A stretch of DNA of 64,000 nt from the NCBI RefSeq assembly GCF_009914755.1, contig NC_060931.1; one strand, given 5' to 3'. The notes under the pieces are model-generated. The model was not told where the DNA came from. It worked only from the letters and a program-made list of their open reading frames with translations, and ran no database searches. Below, in pieces: positions 50,285-61,639 of this stretch (its first letter is position 1; every line of letters begins with the position of its first letter). The DNA is from the human T2T-CHM13v2.0 reference genome, Homo sapiens. The position numbers and the translations under genes are program-made.

Positions 50285-51674
50285 TCTCTTCTTGTATCTC
50301 TTTAACAGTCCCAGGAGCTGTGGCAGGGGAGGAAAGGGAAGGCTGGCACATCAATGGAGCTGCTGCCTTGCTGTCCCCCTCCCTCTGTGCCTACTGCTAC
50401 TCTGCTCACCCAGGCTGACAGTGCCCAAACCCCCAGTGAACCTGGCATCCTACTGTGCTAGCCATCCAGCCATGACCCATCACTCTGGACAAGAGTTTCT
50501 ACTCTACTCCTAAGCCAGACTGGTGATAGAGCCAATTTGTCCTGTGTGGGTCTTGGTTTCCTGTTTTATTAAGAGAGGGGCATGACCGAACATGCTGTAA
50601 TATCCCTTTCAGATCTAACATCCCGTGATTCCACAAATGTTATTCTCCCTCAATATCCAATCTATTAATACAATGGGCTTGAACAGTCTGGGCCTTTGGT
50701 CCATGCTTTTCTGCTGCGGTGGATGCACTTCCCTATCTAAGCCATATTATGCAGGTCATATCATCACTCACAGACAGGTTCATATCCTGAAGCCTTTCTT
50801 CATTGCACTGGATCACTCCCTGCCTCCTCACCCTCATACGATCCATTGATCAACCACTCTCAGCATACAGAGGCCTCCTGGGATTGCAGTCTAGATGCAC
50901 ATACTGTGACCCTTGATAGACTGTAAACAACTTCAGGGAAGGAATTATGATTTATATTGGAGAAGCAAAAGGGCTGAAATGGAGGGAGGAGGAGAGACGG
51001 GTACAGCAGCATCACTCATACTGGGTTAGCGAATCTCCTCTGGCTGGGAAATCAGGCTCTGATTCTCTGGGCCTGTTGGCCAAGTCAGCCACCACAACTT
51101 GAAAGATACATCCAGATACAGCCAGAGTCATCCTCAGGGCTGAATGAGCAGGGGCTGCTGACTTGAGTGATTTAGGCCCCAGGTGTCTCAAAAGTATGGT
51201 TCACTAACCACTGGAAATACCATGTCCATCTGTACCCAGAGGACTCACTGACCACCAACCATTTACAAATACTAACCAAGACACTAGAAGCGCTCCCAGA
51301 AAGTGTTCTGGTAAGACTTAGAAGAGAAAGAGCACACCACGGTTGACTCTTACCTCATGCCAGGCAAGCATATCTCGCCTAGTCCCTCTCCAGAAGTTGG
51401 GTGCTGGTCTGAAGGAGCAAATGTCAGCTCACAGAAAAATACCAACTTTTTTTGTCTGTGACTGAGCCTGGGCATCAGAGAGAGAACAAAATTCCATTTA
51501 TCAAGAGTTTGTCACAGCCATAGAAAGACAAAAAAGGACAATCCATAATCCCCTTGAGATCAAGTAATGAAGGCGCTTATTCTACACAGCCCTCAAGTCC
51601 AGGGGCCTCTGATATACAGGTTCCCCATCAGGGAAGCTTATTGTTGGAGTCTTCATCAAGGGTAAGACCTGAGA

Positions 51675-52327
51675 GGCCAGGCACAGTGGCTCACACTTGT
51701 AATGGCAACACTTTGGGAGGCCAAGGTGGGAAGACTGCTTGAGCCCGGGAGTTCTAGACCAGCCTGGGCAACATAGCAGGATGCCATCTGTAAAAAGTAA
51801 AATTAGCCAGGCAAGGGCCAGGTGTGGTGGCTCATACCTGTAATCTCAGCACTCTGGGAGGCTGAGGCAGGCGGATCACTTGAGGTCAGGAGTTCGACAC
51901 CAGTCTGGCCAACGTGGCAAAACCCTGTCTCTACTAAAAATACAAAAATTAGCCTGGTGTGGTGGCGCACACCTGTAACCCAGTTACTCAGGAGACTAAG
52001 GCAGAAGAACTGCTTGAACTTGGCAGGCAGAGGTTGCAGTGAGCCGAGATAGCACCACTGCACTCCAGCCTAGGGGACAGAGGGAGACTCCGTCTCAAAA
52101 AAAAAAAAAAAAATTTAGCCACCCTTGGTGGTGCACACCTGAAGTCCCAGTTGCCTAGGAGGCTGAGGCAGGGGGATCACACGAACCCAAGAGTTCAAGG
52201 CTGCAGTGAGCTATGGTCATGCCACCGCACTCCAGCCTAGGCAACAGAGCAAGACCCTGCCTCAGGAAAAAAAAAAAAAAAATCATCCTCTAGGTATGGG
52301 GGTAAAAAATAAAAATTTAAAAAATAA
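51675..52327 (+). mobile_element. AluJ with a younger AluS (51816-52113) nested between its arms
   Basis: Left arm, complete Alu, right arm; outer TSD TAAGACCTGAGA (51663-51674 and 52328-52339). Confidence 0.9.
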
Positions 52328-53340
52328 TAAGACCTGAGACCCAAAGTTTGGCTATATGCCTGAGCCTAGAGTCCTTGCCACATCTTATTTTCTCCTTTGC
52401 TCAGCGATCTTCCAATTAGCTCTGAAGAGAATTCCTTGATGGGACCAGGACTAGCTCCCCAAGTCCTCTAACAACGAAAGGAAACTATTTTACTTAACAT
52501 CAATTATAGACATATTCCCAGAGTCAATTCTAGTCACATTCACTAATATGGCTAAAGAAAAAACGAGCAGGAAAGCAGACCGGTGGGAGAAAGCAATACT
52601 AACAAAAATTAAATCGCTCATTCTGAAGGTACAAGATTAGTATTTTTCAGTCTCTTCTTGATTCATTCAGCTGTTTATTGAACACTTACTATGTGCCAGG
52701 ATATGAAAAGTCCTGAGAGCACAAAGATGAATGGGGCATGGGAGTGACCTTCAGGGATTTATAGGGCAGTCCAGGAGACAGAGAAGTAACTTGAATAATG
52801 AAAGTACAAGAAATCACTTCTGTGTCTAAGCACTGAGCAAAGTACTGGAGAACCTCAGAGGATGAAGTCCCTGGGTATCAGAAAAGTCAGGATGGAGGAA
52901 GTGACATTTCAGTTGAGTCTTCAAGGATAAGGTCTGGGATACTACAGAGGTTTGGGATAGGGGTGGGGAAGGACTTTGAAGGCAGAGAGCAGTGTGCCTG
53001 AGGATTCTAGATGTGAAAAATTTAAACTTGCCAAGTAATACAATGCAGGCACTCAAAAACACCAAACCAAAGAAGCCTGGCCTCCAGACTTATCTCAAAT
53101 CTCATCTCAGCTGGCTCAGCCTCCATTTTGGACAGCTATTCCAGTGGAGTGGAGTAAACGTGATACCAGGGCAGAATGCCCCCAAGGGGCCTGTGAAATT
53201 GCCTAGACTGAGGCTTCCCTCATGCTCAAAAGCCTGGTAGCTGTTGAACTAAGGGAAAGACAATGGACTCTAATCTAAATACTACCCCTTCATATATTTT
53301 GACTGTGGACAGCACAGCCTCAGTTAATATAAAATGTATG

Positions 53341-53618
53341 GGCCAGGTGTGGTGGTTCACGCCTGTAATCCCTACATTTTGGGAGGCCAAGGCAGGCAGA
53401 TCATTTGGGGTCAGGAGTTCGAGAACAGCCAGGCCAACATGGTGAAACCCTGTCTCTACTAAAAATACAAAAATTAGCCAAGTGTGGTGGTGCATGCCTG
53501 TAATCCCAGCTACTCGGGAGGCTGAGGCAGGAGAATCATTTGAACATGGGAGGCGGAGGTTGCAGTGAGCTAAGAGCTGAGATTGCATGGGCAACAGAGG
53601 GAGACTCAAAAAAAAAAG
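53341..53618 (+). mobile_element. Alu (AluS-like)
   Basis: TSD TAT(A/G)AAATGTATG. Confidence 0.92.
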
Positions 53619-56320
53619 TATGAAATGTATGTGTAAACCTACATTTAAAAACTTATTCATGTAAAGTGGTATCAGGATTCAGATTCCTTCTGTGAGATAT
53701 GGAAGGAGATCATGGCAATAGATGAAGTTATACTGAACCAGAGATGCTTTCCTTGCTAAAGTCAAGGGACGGGGCATTTCTTCTTAGGAGGGTCATTTTC
53801 TCCAGGCATCCTTTGCTTTTATGGGCTCCCTGCAGTGTGAGTCTGTCAGCACCTTCAATATTTAGGTTATCCAGGAGATCTGGGTCCCAGGAAAAACAGT
53901 CTGTCACTACTCAAACTCTCATAAAACTGACTTGTAACAAGAGTCCATTTCATAAATTTCAGTGTGTAACAGCTCTGCTGCTAGGAAAGCACGTTTCCGA
54001 GAAATTAGGAGGCAGTCATTTGGCACTGAAGAGAGGACCACCTGAACAAGGACCCCTTCTTCCTTAGCCCGTGCCAGCAACTGAGCCCCCTAAATTTCTT
54101 AGTGAGCAACACTTCTTCAGTGTTCCACGTTGCCCTCTGCTGGGAGACAGCACAGACATCAGAAAGGGCCTGAGCCTTTTGGTCCATATAAACATGTCTG
54201 ATTCCTGATTCTGCCATGACTAGCTCTGGCCCTTGGCCAGTTCATCCCATCTTGCCAAGTCTCCACTCACTCATCTGCAAAACAGATATGCTTCTGATTG
54301 TTGTGTGATTTAAACAAGGTAGGGGAAATGTTAGTAGTCTCCCTCATAGCAGACACTTGGATAAAAGACAGTCGTCATTTTTCCTTTTGTTTACAGCCAT
54401 ACTTGTGACAAAGAAACACTAGATTTAAATCCAGAAGGCCTCAGTCCGATTTCTAATTCTGCTACTTAACATTCCTGGTGGAGATAAAAAGAGTGTTTTA
54501 GCACCTACCTTGTTTCAGATACTACGCTGGCTATTTATATAATTAGGGGGTTTTTTGCTCCAAAAACCATCCATCTGAGGTCACCAGACTGCCTGGGGGA
54601 AAAGGGGGATGAGGGGGGAGAGGAGAGTAAAGTGACTCATTCATTAGGATTCTATTTCCAATTCCCAAAACTGTTTCCCCAGTTTTTCCAGAGGTGATAG
54701 TTGGAACATACTATTAACACCAGCTAGTACCCAGTACTCTTTTATTGTGTTAGAATTACCCAAGTTCTAAAGCTAGCAATCATCTGGAAACTGGGGACAG
54801 AGCAGCTTTAGGGCTCTTATGAAGAACCACTGTTGCCTGCTCAACCCTATAGCGTAGCAACTTTGCTTGGCTGCAATTGATAGCTGGAGACGTTCTCTCC
54901 ATTTGAGCCAGTCCAGTCCAGCCTAGAGAGCAGTCTCCCCATCCCTAGAAATCTAGGGAGAGGCTCTGACCCTCCCAAGGGCTGAGGAGGCAGGAGCATA
55001 CCCAGATTAAGCAGGCTTTGTGGCTAATCAGACCTGACACAGACATTTACTAGTTACATGATCTTCCACAAATTTAACATCTGTTAAGATGGGGGTAATA
55101 GCCCCTGGGAGGAGTAAATGATAAAAATGGGTGTAAATGGCTCAACATGACACCAGGACATTCTACAAGAATGAGCAAAAATGATCCTTAGTAGTAGTAG
55201 CTTCACAAAACAAGGTTGAGAGCTTGAATTCTAGGTAACAGACAGGGATTTAACAACAGCCAGGGCATGATACAAGGACAGGTTTATTCCCCAGATGGGA
55301 GGTGCCCAAGAAGGGGTCAGAATGCCTTCCCTCCACATTCTCCGTCCATCTCTTCTTCATAGCAATCCTCCTCTAACTTGCGTGGTAATGGTTAATCACG
55401 TAAGGCTCAGCCTCATTACCTTACTAACACATCTCATATACCGTCTGATATTCTGGGACCAGGGCCAAAGGAAAATGTGTTTTTCTCTAATTCTGATCTC
55501 AATTCTTTCACCCTCATTCTCCCTTTCCTTCCTTACAGTATCTGTCACAGGCAAACCAGCCAAATAACTGGAAAACTTGTTTCAGGGAAGGGTGTGGGAG
55601 ATAAGGAATTTTGAATTTAGCATGTCTGCATTGATTTTGTCTGTTTCTAGACTGTGTCAAGGGTAGGAAGGGAGTAAGTCTTTTAGTTTCAGTTGGGAGT
55701 CTTCACAGCTTTATGTATCTCCCAATTTTTAAAATTATTAATCAGAAATTGACTTGCTTCTTTTCCTATTTGGTATCTTCTCAAAAGTCAAAAGCACAGG
55801 GATTATTAGTCCTAGGAAAGCAACTGTGACTATGGATCTTTCTACTCTGTCCACAGCTACCTAGAAATAACAATTACAAGACATCCTACATTTAGAGAGA
55901 ACAAGGTAAGAAAATTAAGCAAGTTTATTACTATTTTTTAGTTTGGCTTGATGTCCTGAGACACTTTTTCGGGATACTATGAATCCTGATTTTAAGGATA
56001 ATAAAGCATTCATAAACAGATTACTTATAGAGGTTGAAGTGTAATTATGGAAGTTTTAAGCCTGCCCACTAAACCCATAAGAAAGCATTTTCCAGCATAG
56101 GTGGCCACACACAAACATATACACACACAATTCCAGGCTAAGAAATGTGTTATAACTAAGGTGGTTAAAGCACCGAGGTATTCCTCCCTGGATTCAAGCT
56201 CATGGATTAACATATGAAAACATTATTTCCATCCTTTTCATTCACCATTTACATTCACAATCTATTTTTGTCTAGATATATAGATACTATTAAGGAACCA
56301 CACAGGTCAAGTCACTCAGG

Positions 56321-56326
56321 TTTAAT
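56321..56326 (-). terminator. GCC1: Probable main GCC1 poly(A) signal (ATTAAA)
   Basis: TTTAAT on + strand; GU-rich TTGACCTGTGTGGTTCCTT follows downstream on the minus strand; gives ~1.4-kb 3' UTR. Confidence 0.7.
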
Positions 56327-56880
56327 GATTCCATCATTTGGACACATAAACTTCTGTTCCATTTAAGTCTGCTCACTGTAGATAATCCAGGTCACCCAGC
56401 CTCCCATTAAGATTTAATCAAAGTTTTCTGCACCCCAAACCCTCACAAAACAGACCTCTATGATGAAATCACAGAAAGATACATATTAGTCCAGTTAGTG
56501 GCCAAACATTGGTCTTTAGAGTCCAAAGACCTCTATAACCATTAACAGTAGTTGGGAGAAAAGAAGGAATAAAGAAACTGAGTTTTCTGAGAACCCCCTT
56601 TCCAGACTGCCTGAATAAGTTGCCTTTTCTTAAAAGAGCAGGATTAATCTACTTATGCCAAGACCCACTGGGCAGAAAGCACCCCAACCCAGGTTTAGCT
56701 GATCTTTACCACTTCCCTGTGAGAGCTACAGCAATCTTTTGGAATTTTCTGCAGCAAATTTTCCCCTTTTGCTGTCCCTACAAAGGCAGAAAAGCTAGGG
56801 GCCAATCTCTGAGCTAATTCCTTGAATCCAGGCAGGATGAGCATTCACCATTTGGACCCCTCTCTGTAAGAAGCTAGGAC

Positions 56881-56886
56881 TTTATT
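56881..56886 (-). terminator. Candidate proximal poly(A) signal (AATAAA) in GCC1 3' UTR
   Basis: TTTATT on + strand; motif only. Confidence 0.35.
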
Positions 56887-57692
56887 TCTTAATGAAAGTT
56901 CAACACTGAGGAAAAGATAGCAAAGTCGTTGACTCACAATCTCAGGCCAACCTCAGGCAGATAGGTTAAGGCAAGGATAGGCAAGAAAGGTCTATTTTAA
57001 CCCTATCCAGGCAAAAAGCAGGTTACTTTGGAAATCCCTAAGATCAAGCTGGTGCTCAGGGCCCTCTCTAGGATGGTCATAAGCGGTGTGATTGCATAGG
57101 TCATCCCCAGGCACTAATTAGACTAAGCTTCCCAGTTCCTTCCAGAATAAACTCACTATTCCTTAGCCCTTGGGACTAGTGGATGATATGTCACTATTTC
57201 AAACTTCCTGGTCCCTTTCCAGCCTGGTTTTATGTCCCCAGAGAATTGGGGTAGCAATGGACCAGACTCAGACTGTGATGAGAGGGAGAAAATAGCTAGG
57301 TTTTGTGCATTTCAGAGATTAACTGAACTCCCTTTGGAGTCACATTTACTCCTAGCTTTGTGCCAGGAGCATATTATTAAAACAAAACATCTTATTTTAA
57401 AACAGCCTTACCACTGTTCCAACTTCTGCACTTCTCAGTCCTAACCTCATCTTCTCCTCACATGCACACCATCAGAAGATACTGCCCCAGGACTTTCAGT
57501 ATCTCTAGGGCCTAAGGATAAAGCAGCATTAATGGCATTTGGCAGAAAATCCCTTCCCACATTGAAGACTCCTCCCAGCTCAACACAGTGAAGAAATAAA
57601 TGACAATGTAAGAGAAGAGGCAGCAGAAACCAGAGCCTGCCCTTTCCCACATAAAAGAGGCACAGAAATTCCAGGAATTCATGAAAATGGCA

Positions 57693-58988
57693 TCATCTCT
57701 TGCCAGAAGGCCACCAGCTGGCACTGGTTGGGAGTCGCATTATCACTTGTTTCTCCTCTGGACTGAAGTGCAAGATAGTCAGTATGGCTGTGAGAGTCTG
57801 CTGGCGGCCCAGGGAGTCAGGTAAGGTCAGGAAGCGGTAGATGATGTTTTTGAGGTACTCCAGATTGGCTCCCTCCCTGCTCTGGTCCCTGATGTTCTTT
57901 TCGATGTGGCTCTGCAGGGCTGCAACCTCCTCACGATGCCGTTCGCCCTCCTCCAGCAGCCGATCCTGCAGCTGATGCACCTCGACCTCCAGCCTGTGCT
58001 TCTGCTTCCTCAGTGATGTGATCTCCACCTCCTTGCGGGCCAGTTGCTCAGCGTACAGAAAGAAAGTGGGCTCATTGGCCGCTGCAAGTTGTAATGCTTG
58101 GGTCAGGCTATCAGAGGATGATGTGTCAGCTGGGTCCCCAGGACCGCCACCACCCACAGGACTTCTGCGTCCTGGCAGCCCAGAGGCCAAGGCCACAGAA
58201 CGCAGTTGCTCCAGTTCCAAGTCCTTCTCGGTGAGCACAGCTAGGGCACGATCCCGCTGCTTGTGCAGCTCCTCCTCCAGTTTCAGTGTGCGGTCCCTGA
58301 AGTCCAGCTGGCACCGCTCCAGCTCCTGCCGGTGGAGCTGCTGCAGCCGGGCCAGCTCCTGCTTCCAGTCATCAGCCTCCTGCTGGTGTTGGTGCTCCAG
58401 CTCCTCGCAGGAGAGCCGCAGGGAAATATACTTCTCCTTCAGCTCTGCAAGCTGTTCCTGGGCTGCCTCCAGCTCCTTTCCCAGGTTACCATCTTTGGTA
58501 TTCTTGCTTTTGAGGACAACCTGGGCTCTCATCTTGTACCTCTCAAACTCTTCCTTCAGCTGTTTCAGCTCCTGTTGGTAATAGAGTGCAGTAGCCTTCT
58601 CCCCATCAGCAGCCTCCGAGCTGGGCATTATCTCCAGGTCACAGAGCTTCTCCACATCCAGGGTCACCTGGCTTTTCCTGGCCGCAACCTGCAGCAGCCT
58701 CTTCAGCTTCTCCATCTTATCTTTCAGGACATTGACATCCAGACTGGACTCCTCTCCATGGCTGTCTAAAGGGGACCTGCTGGAGGCTGCTAGAGCCAGT
58801 GTCTTGTTCTCCAGGTCCAGCTGCAGAATGCGCTCCTTCAGCTTCTGAATGGCCAGCTGGTCCTTCTGCTTGGCTTTCTCGTAGGTGCCTAGCAGCTCAG
58901 ACACCTCGGATATTTGATTCTCCAGGGCTGCCACCCTCTGTTCTTCTACCTGAGATTGCTGACGGAGTTGATCCTCTGCAAGAGCTGT
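57693..58988 (-). CDS. GCC1: GCC1 coding exon 2 (431 codons + TGA) with C-terminal GRIP domain
   Basis: Acceptor CTTGTTTTGCAG|ACA; frame continues TALAEDQLRQQ...; GRIP motif NLEYLKNIIYRFL...LTILHFSPEEK near the C-terminus; 344+431=775 aa, the length I recall for GCC1. Confidence 0.97.
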   Translation of the reverse strand, partial: TALAEDQLRQQSQVEEQRVAALENQISEVSELLGTYEKAKQKDQLAIQKLKERILQLDLENKTLALAASSRSPLDSHGEESSLDVNVLKDKMEKLKRLLQVAARKSQVTLDVEKLCDLEIMPSSEAADGEKATALYYQQELKQLKEEFERYKMRAQVVLKSKNTKDGNLGKELEAAQEQLAELKEKYISLRLSCEELEHQHQQEADDWKQELARLQQLHRQELERCQLDFRDRTLKLEEELHKQRDRALAVLTEKDLELEQLRSVALASGLPGRRSPVGGGGPGDPADTSSSDSLTQALQLAAANEPTFFLYAEQLARKEVEITSLRKQKHRLEVEVHQLQDRLLEEGERHREEVAALQSHIEKNIRDQSREGANLEYLKNIIYRFLTLPDSLGRQQTLTAILTILHFSPEEKQVIMRLPTSASWWPSGKR

Positions 58989-59829
58989 CTGCAAAACAAG
59001 GGAACAGACAAAAATGCATCCACAAAAGCCCCACAGCAAACTCTGAGAAAGCAGGAGAGGGGAGCAAAAGGGTCACAGGTTTGGGATGGCCTGGCAAGAA
59101 TGCTAACTAGGGATTTTTCGGTTGATTCAGGAGCTAACAAAAGTTCCTATTACCTGCTTGGATTCTGCAAGACACATATTATACTGAACAATATGAAGCA
59201 CCTTGGTACATCTGCTATTGTTCTGCTTTCCACCTAACCACATATAATGTGTGTTACTGTTGTTTCTCAGGTGCTTCCTCAAATCCTATTAAGAAATCAT
59301 ACAGCATTCTTTTCCTTATCCAATATTCCTGGAAGTTCAAAACTGCGCTGGATCTCCCTCTCCACATTGAAAGGAGGCACCCTTTCAATACCTGTTCTGG
59401 AAAATAGCACTTCTCCAGAACAGGCACATCTTGAGTAAAGGCAATGACAAGAGGTTACTTCTGAGAAAATCCCCTTTGCCTTCGGCCACTCTTCCTAGAG
59501 GCACATACCAACAGAAGACACGCTACCTTTTACTATACAGCTGCCACTATACTGCTTCATAGAGCACAGCTGGTAAGATGCCAATGCCCAGAAGTGCAGA
59601 GCTGTCTGGCTTCAACCCAGCCTACACTGAGAAGCTCCACATCCTCCTGGAAGCACATATGTCAACACCGCATAGAACAGGACTTCCCAGGTTCACTAGT
59701 GGAACTTCTCAGGTGGCATCAAAAATGACAGTATAGACACTTAGCTCTAACTAGCAAAGGAGGAAAAAAACCCTAATATTTCTCACTTCAGGTCAATGGC
59801 TGATGTTTGAAAGAGATGTGGATAATTAC
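58989..59829 (-). other. GCC1: Single GT-AG intron of GCC1 (841 bp)
   Basis: GTAATT donor, polypyrimidine tract and CAG acceptor; joins the two ORFs in frame. Confidence 0.95.
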
Positions 59830-60861
59830 CTTTCTCATTTCCTGCTGTAACTGAGCCTGGAAATGGCTCTTAAGGCGGGCAGCCTCTTCCTGAAGTTCTT
59901 GCAGCCGGGGATCTGGCTGATTCTTCTCATCTCGAATGGCCTGCAGTTCACTTTTCAGCTCCTCCACCTCACGGGTCAGCTGCTTGGTCTGCAGTTCAAA
60001 TCCTTCCATCTGTTCAGCTGCATATGCTCGTCCTGCCAAGGCTTCTCGGGTCTCTTCTAACCTAAGCTCCAAGTCCTGGCGCTGGGTCCTCTCCTCCTGC
60101 AGCAGCTTCTGGAGCTCACGCAGCATCAAGGCATGGTCACTCTGCTCTTGGGCCCGATCATGCTGCTGCGTGATAAGCCGGGCTTTGGTTTCTGCTATTT
60201 GCTCCTGCAGCCCCTTCAATTCTCCCTCCAGGCGGGCCCTCTCCTCCTCCGCCTTGTTACTGGCATCCTCTAAGTCCTGTTTCATCTTTTTCTTGTCAGC
60301 CAAGTAAGAAGCCTCCATGCGGGACTTCTCCTGAGTGACTGTAGCCAAAGAACTGGTCAAAGTAGCCAACTGAGTCTTCAGCTGGTGCAGTCTTTTGTCC
60401 ACCTCCCCACCTGCAAATGGCCCATCCCCACTGCTACTGCTAACGCCACTCTCGGACCAACTGGCCTCTTCGGACTTTGGAGGTGGTGGTCCACGGGCCG
60501 GTCTGTCATCTTCTACCCCAAACTCACCCTTGGTGCTGGTGAGACTGGCCGCAGTATCCAAGCTAGTGGCGGTCCCAGTGCTATCCTCGCTGTGAGTGGA
60601 GCACCGGTCATCCACAGAGTCAGGAAAGGTGAGGCCTGGAAGCTGGACACCTGCGAGGCCCACATCTGCCTCGTGGGATACCGACAGCACCTTGATGCTG
60701 GCCTCTAATGCCTCTTTCTCCTTCAGCAGGCTTTTATAGGCACGGACCACATCCTTGAGCCGTGCCTGGTACTGGAGAAGCTGCTTCTTCTGGGTCTCTA
60801 TAGTCTCCAGCAAGTCCTTCTTGCTCGGGCCGCCCCCGAAATTCATCCCAAACTTCTCCAT
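59830..60861 (-). CDS. GCC1: GCC1 (GCC88, trans-Golgi golgin) coding exon 1, 344 codons
   Basis: ORF MEKFGMNFGGGPSKKDLLETIETQKKQLLQYQARLKDVVRAYKSLLKEKEALE... recognised as GCC1 N-terminus, coiled-coil rich; ends at donor AAG|GTAATT (exon end 59830), phase 0. Confidence 0.97.
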
Positions 60862-61580
60862 GGAGGGTCTGAACGGATTGCCCCACGTCAGCTTTCCAGC
60901 AGAACGGGAGAGGGCCGTGAAGACGCAGGCGGGGGCTTAAAGAAACAGCGAGCGGGCTGTCCGGCGGCGGGCCGCACACCTACTCCACCTAGTTATCCCG
61001 GACCTAATGCGGAACGGCCGGACGGACTGGCGAAAGCGGCCGCCCGGTCCCAGGCCCGGAGGGCTGGGGCGGATTCTACCCCGGAGGCGGGGCGACACTG
61101 GCACCAGAGGTGCGCACTGCCAGGGCTCGTTAGCGCTGGCCCAGAAGCCGCTCCGCACTCTCCGCTCGTCTGGGCCACAGCAGCCCGGGCCGGCCCCCTC
61201 GGCCCACGTCGGCCAGAGGGTTACGCTGAGCTCGGTCCCATCACGACATCCTAACTAAAGCTGCCTGCCGACAACGGCGCTTCCGTGTCCGCTGGAAGTG
61301 ACGTCAGCGAGGCGCCGCAGGCTCCGCCCCCAGTGGGCCCAAGGTAGGCGGGGCCAAGTCGGCCGGTGGGTGGGCGCGGCCTGTTGAGAACGCAGTGGGG
61401 CCGCGAGCGGCAAAAAACAGGCTTGGGAAAGGCGAAGCCAGCAAAGTCGAAGACACCAGAGTGGCACCGGTTTTGTGAGAGCGCCCAAGCTTGACCTCGG
61501 GCTACGCTCAGCGAGCGACAGAGCAACGTCGCACTGCATTCTTACCAAACACCCAGGTGAACGACGCATCCAACGATTTG
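60820..61580. promoter_or_regulatory. GCC1: CpG island / GCC1 promoter and 5' UTR
   Basis: Dense CpG, GC boxes (CCGCCCC 61324-61330), ETS cores (GCTTCCG 61279-61285; GGAAGT 61294-61299), full CRE TGACGTCA 61299-61306; no TATA box seen. Confidence 0.9.
61221..61249 (-). other. Two overlapping uORFs in the presumed GCC1 5' leader (M-S-stop; M-G-P-S-S-A-stop)
   Basis: Minus strand reads ATG TCG TGA (61249-61241) and ATG GGA CCG AGC TCA GCG TAA (61241-61221); requires TSS upstream of 61249. Confidence 0.6.
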
Positions 61581-61639
61581 GGAGCTCAGGACCCATGGTC
61601 CCTAAAAGGCAACAATTAAGACTCCCATTTAGACCACGA

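Noticed and set aside
49860-50513. 217-aa ORF
   Set aside because: Runs through an antisense Alu; typical Alu-derived pseudo-translation.
57685-57695. GCC1 stop-codon readthrough
   Set aside because: Context is TGA-TGCC, not the TGA-CTAG readthrough motif.
58989-59039. N-terminal MLWGFCGCIFVCSLVLQ of the 448-aa ORF
   Set aside because: Translation of the intron's polypyrimidine tract; real exon 2 starts at 58988.
58018-59110. Long plus-strand ORFs (187, 168, 103 aa) over GCC1
   Set aside because: Antisense shadows of a CAG/GAG/CTG-rich coiled-coil CDS; low-complexity Ser/Leu products.
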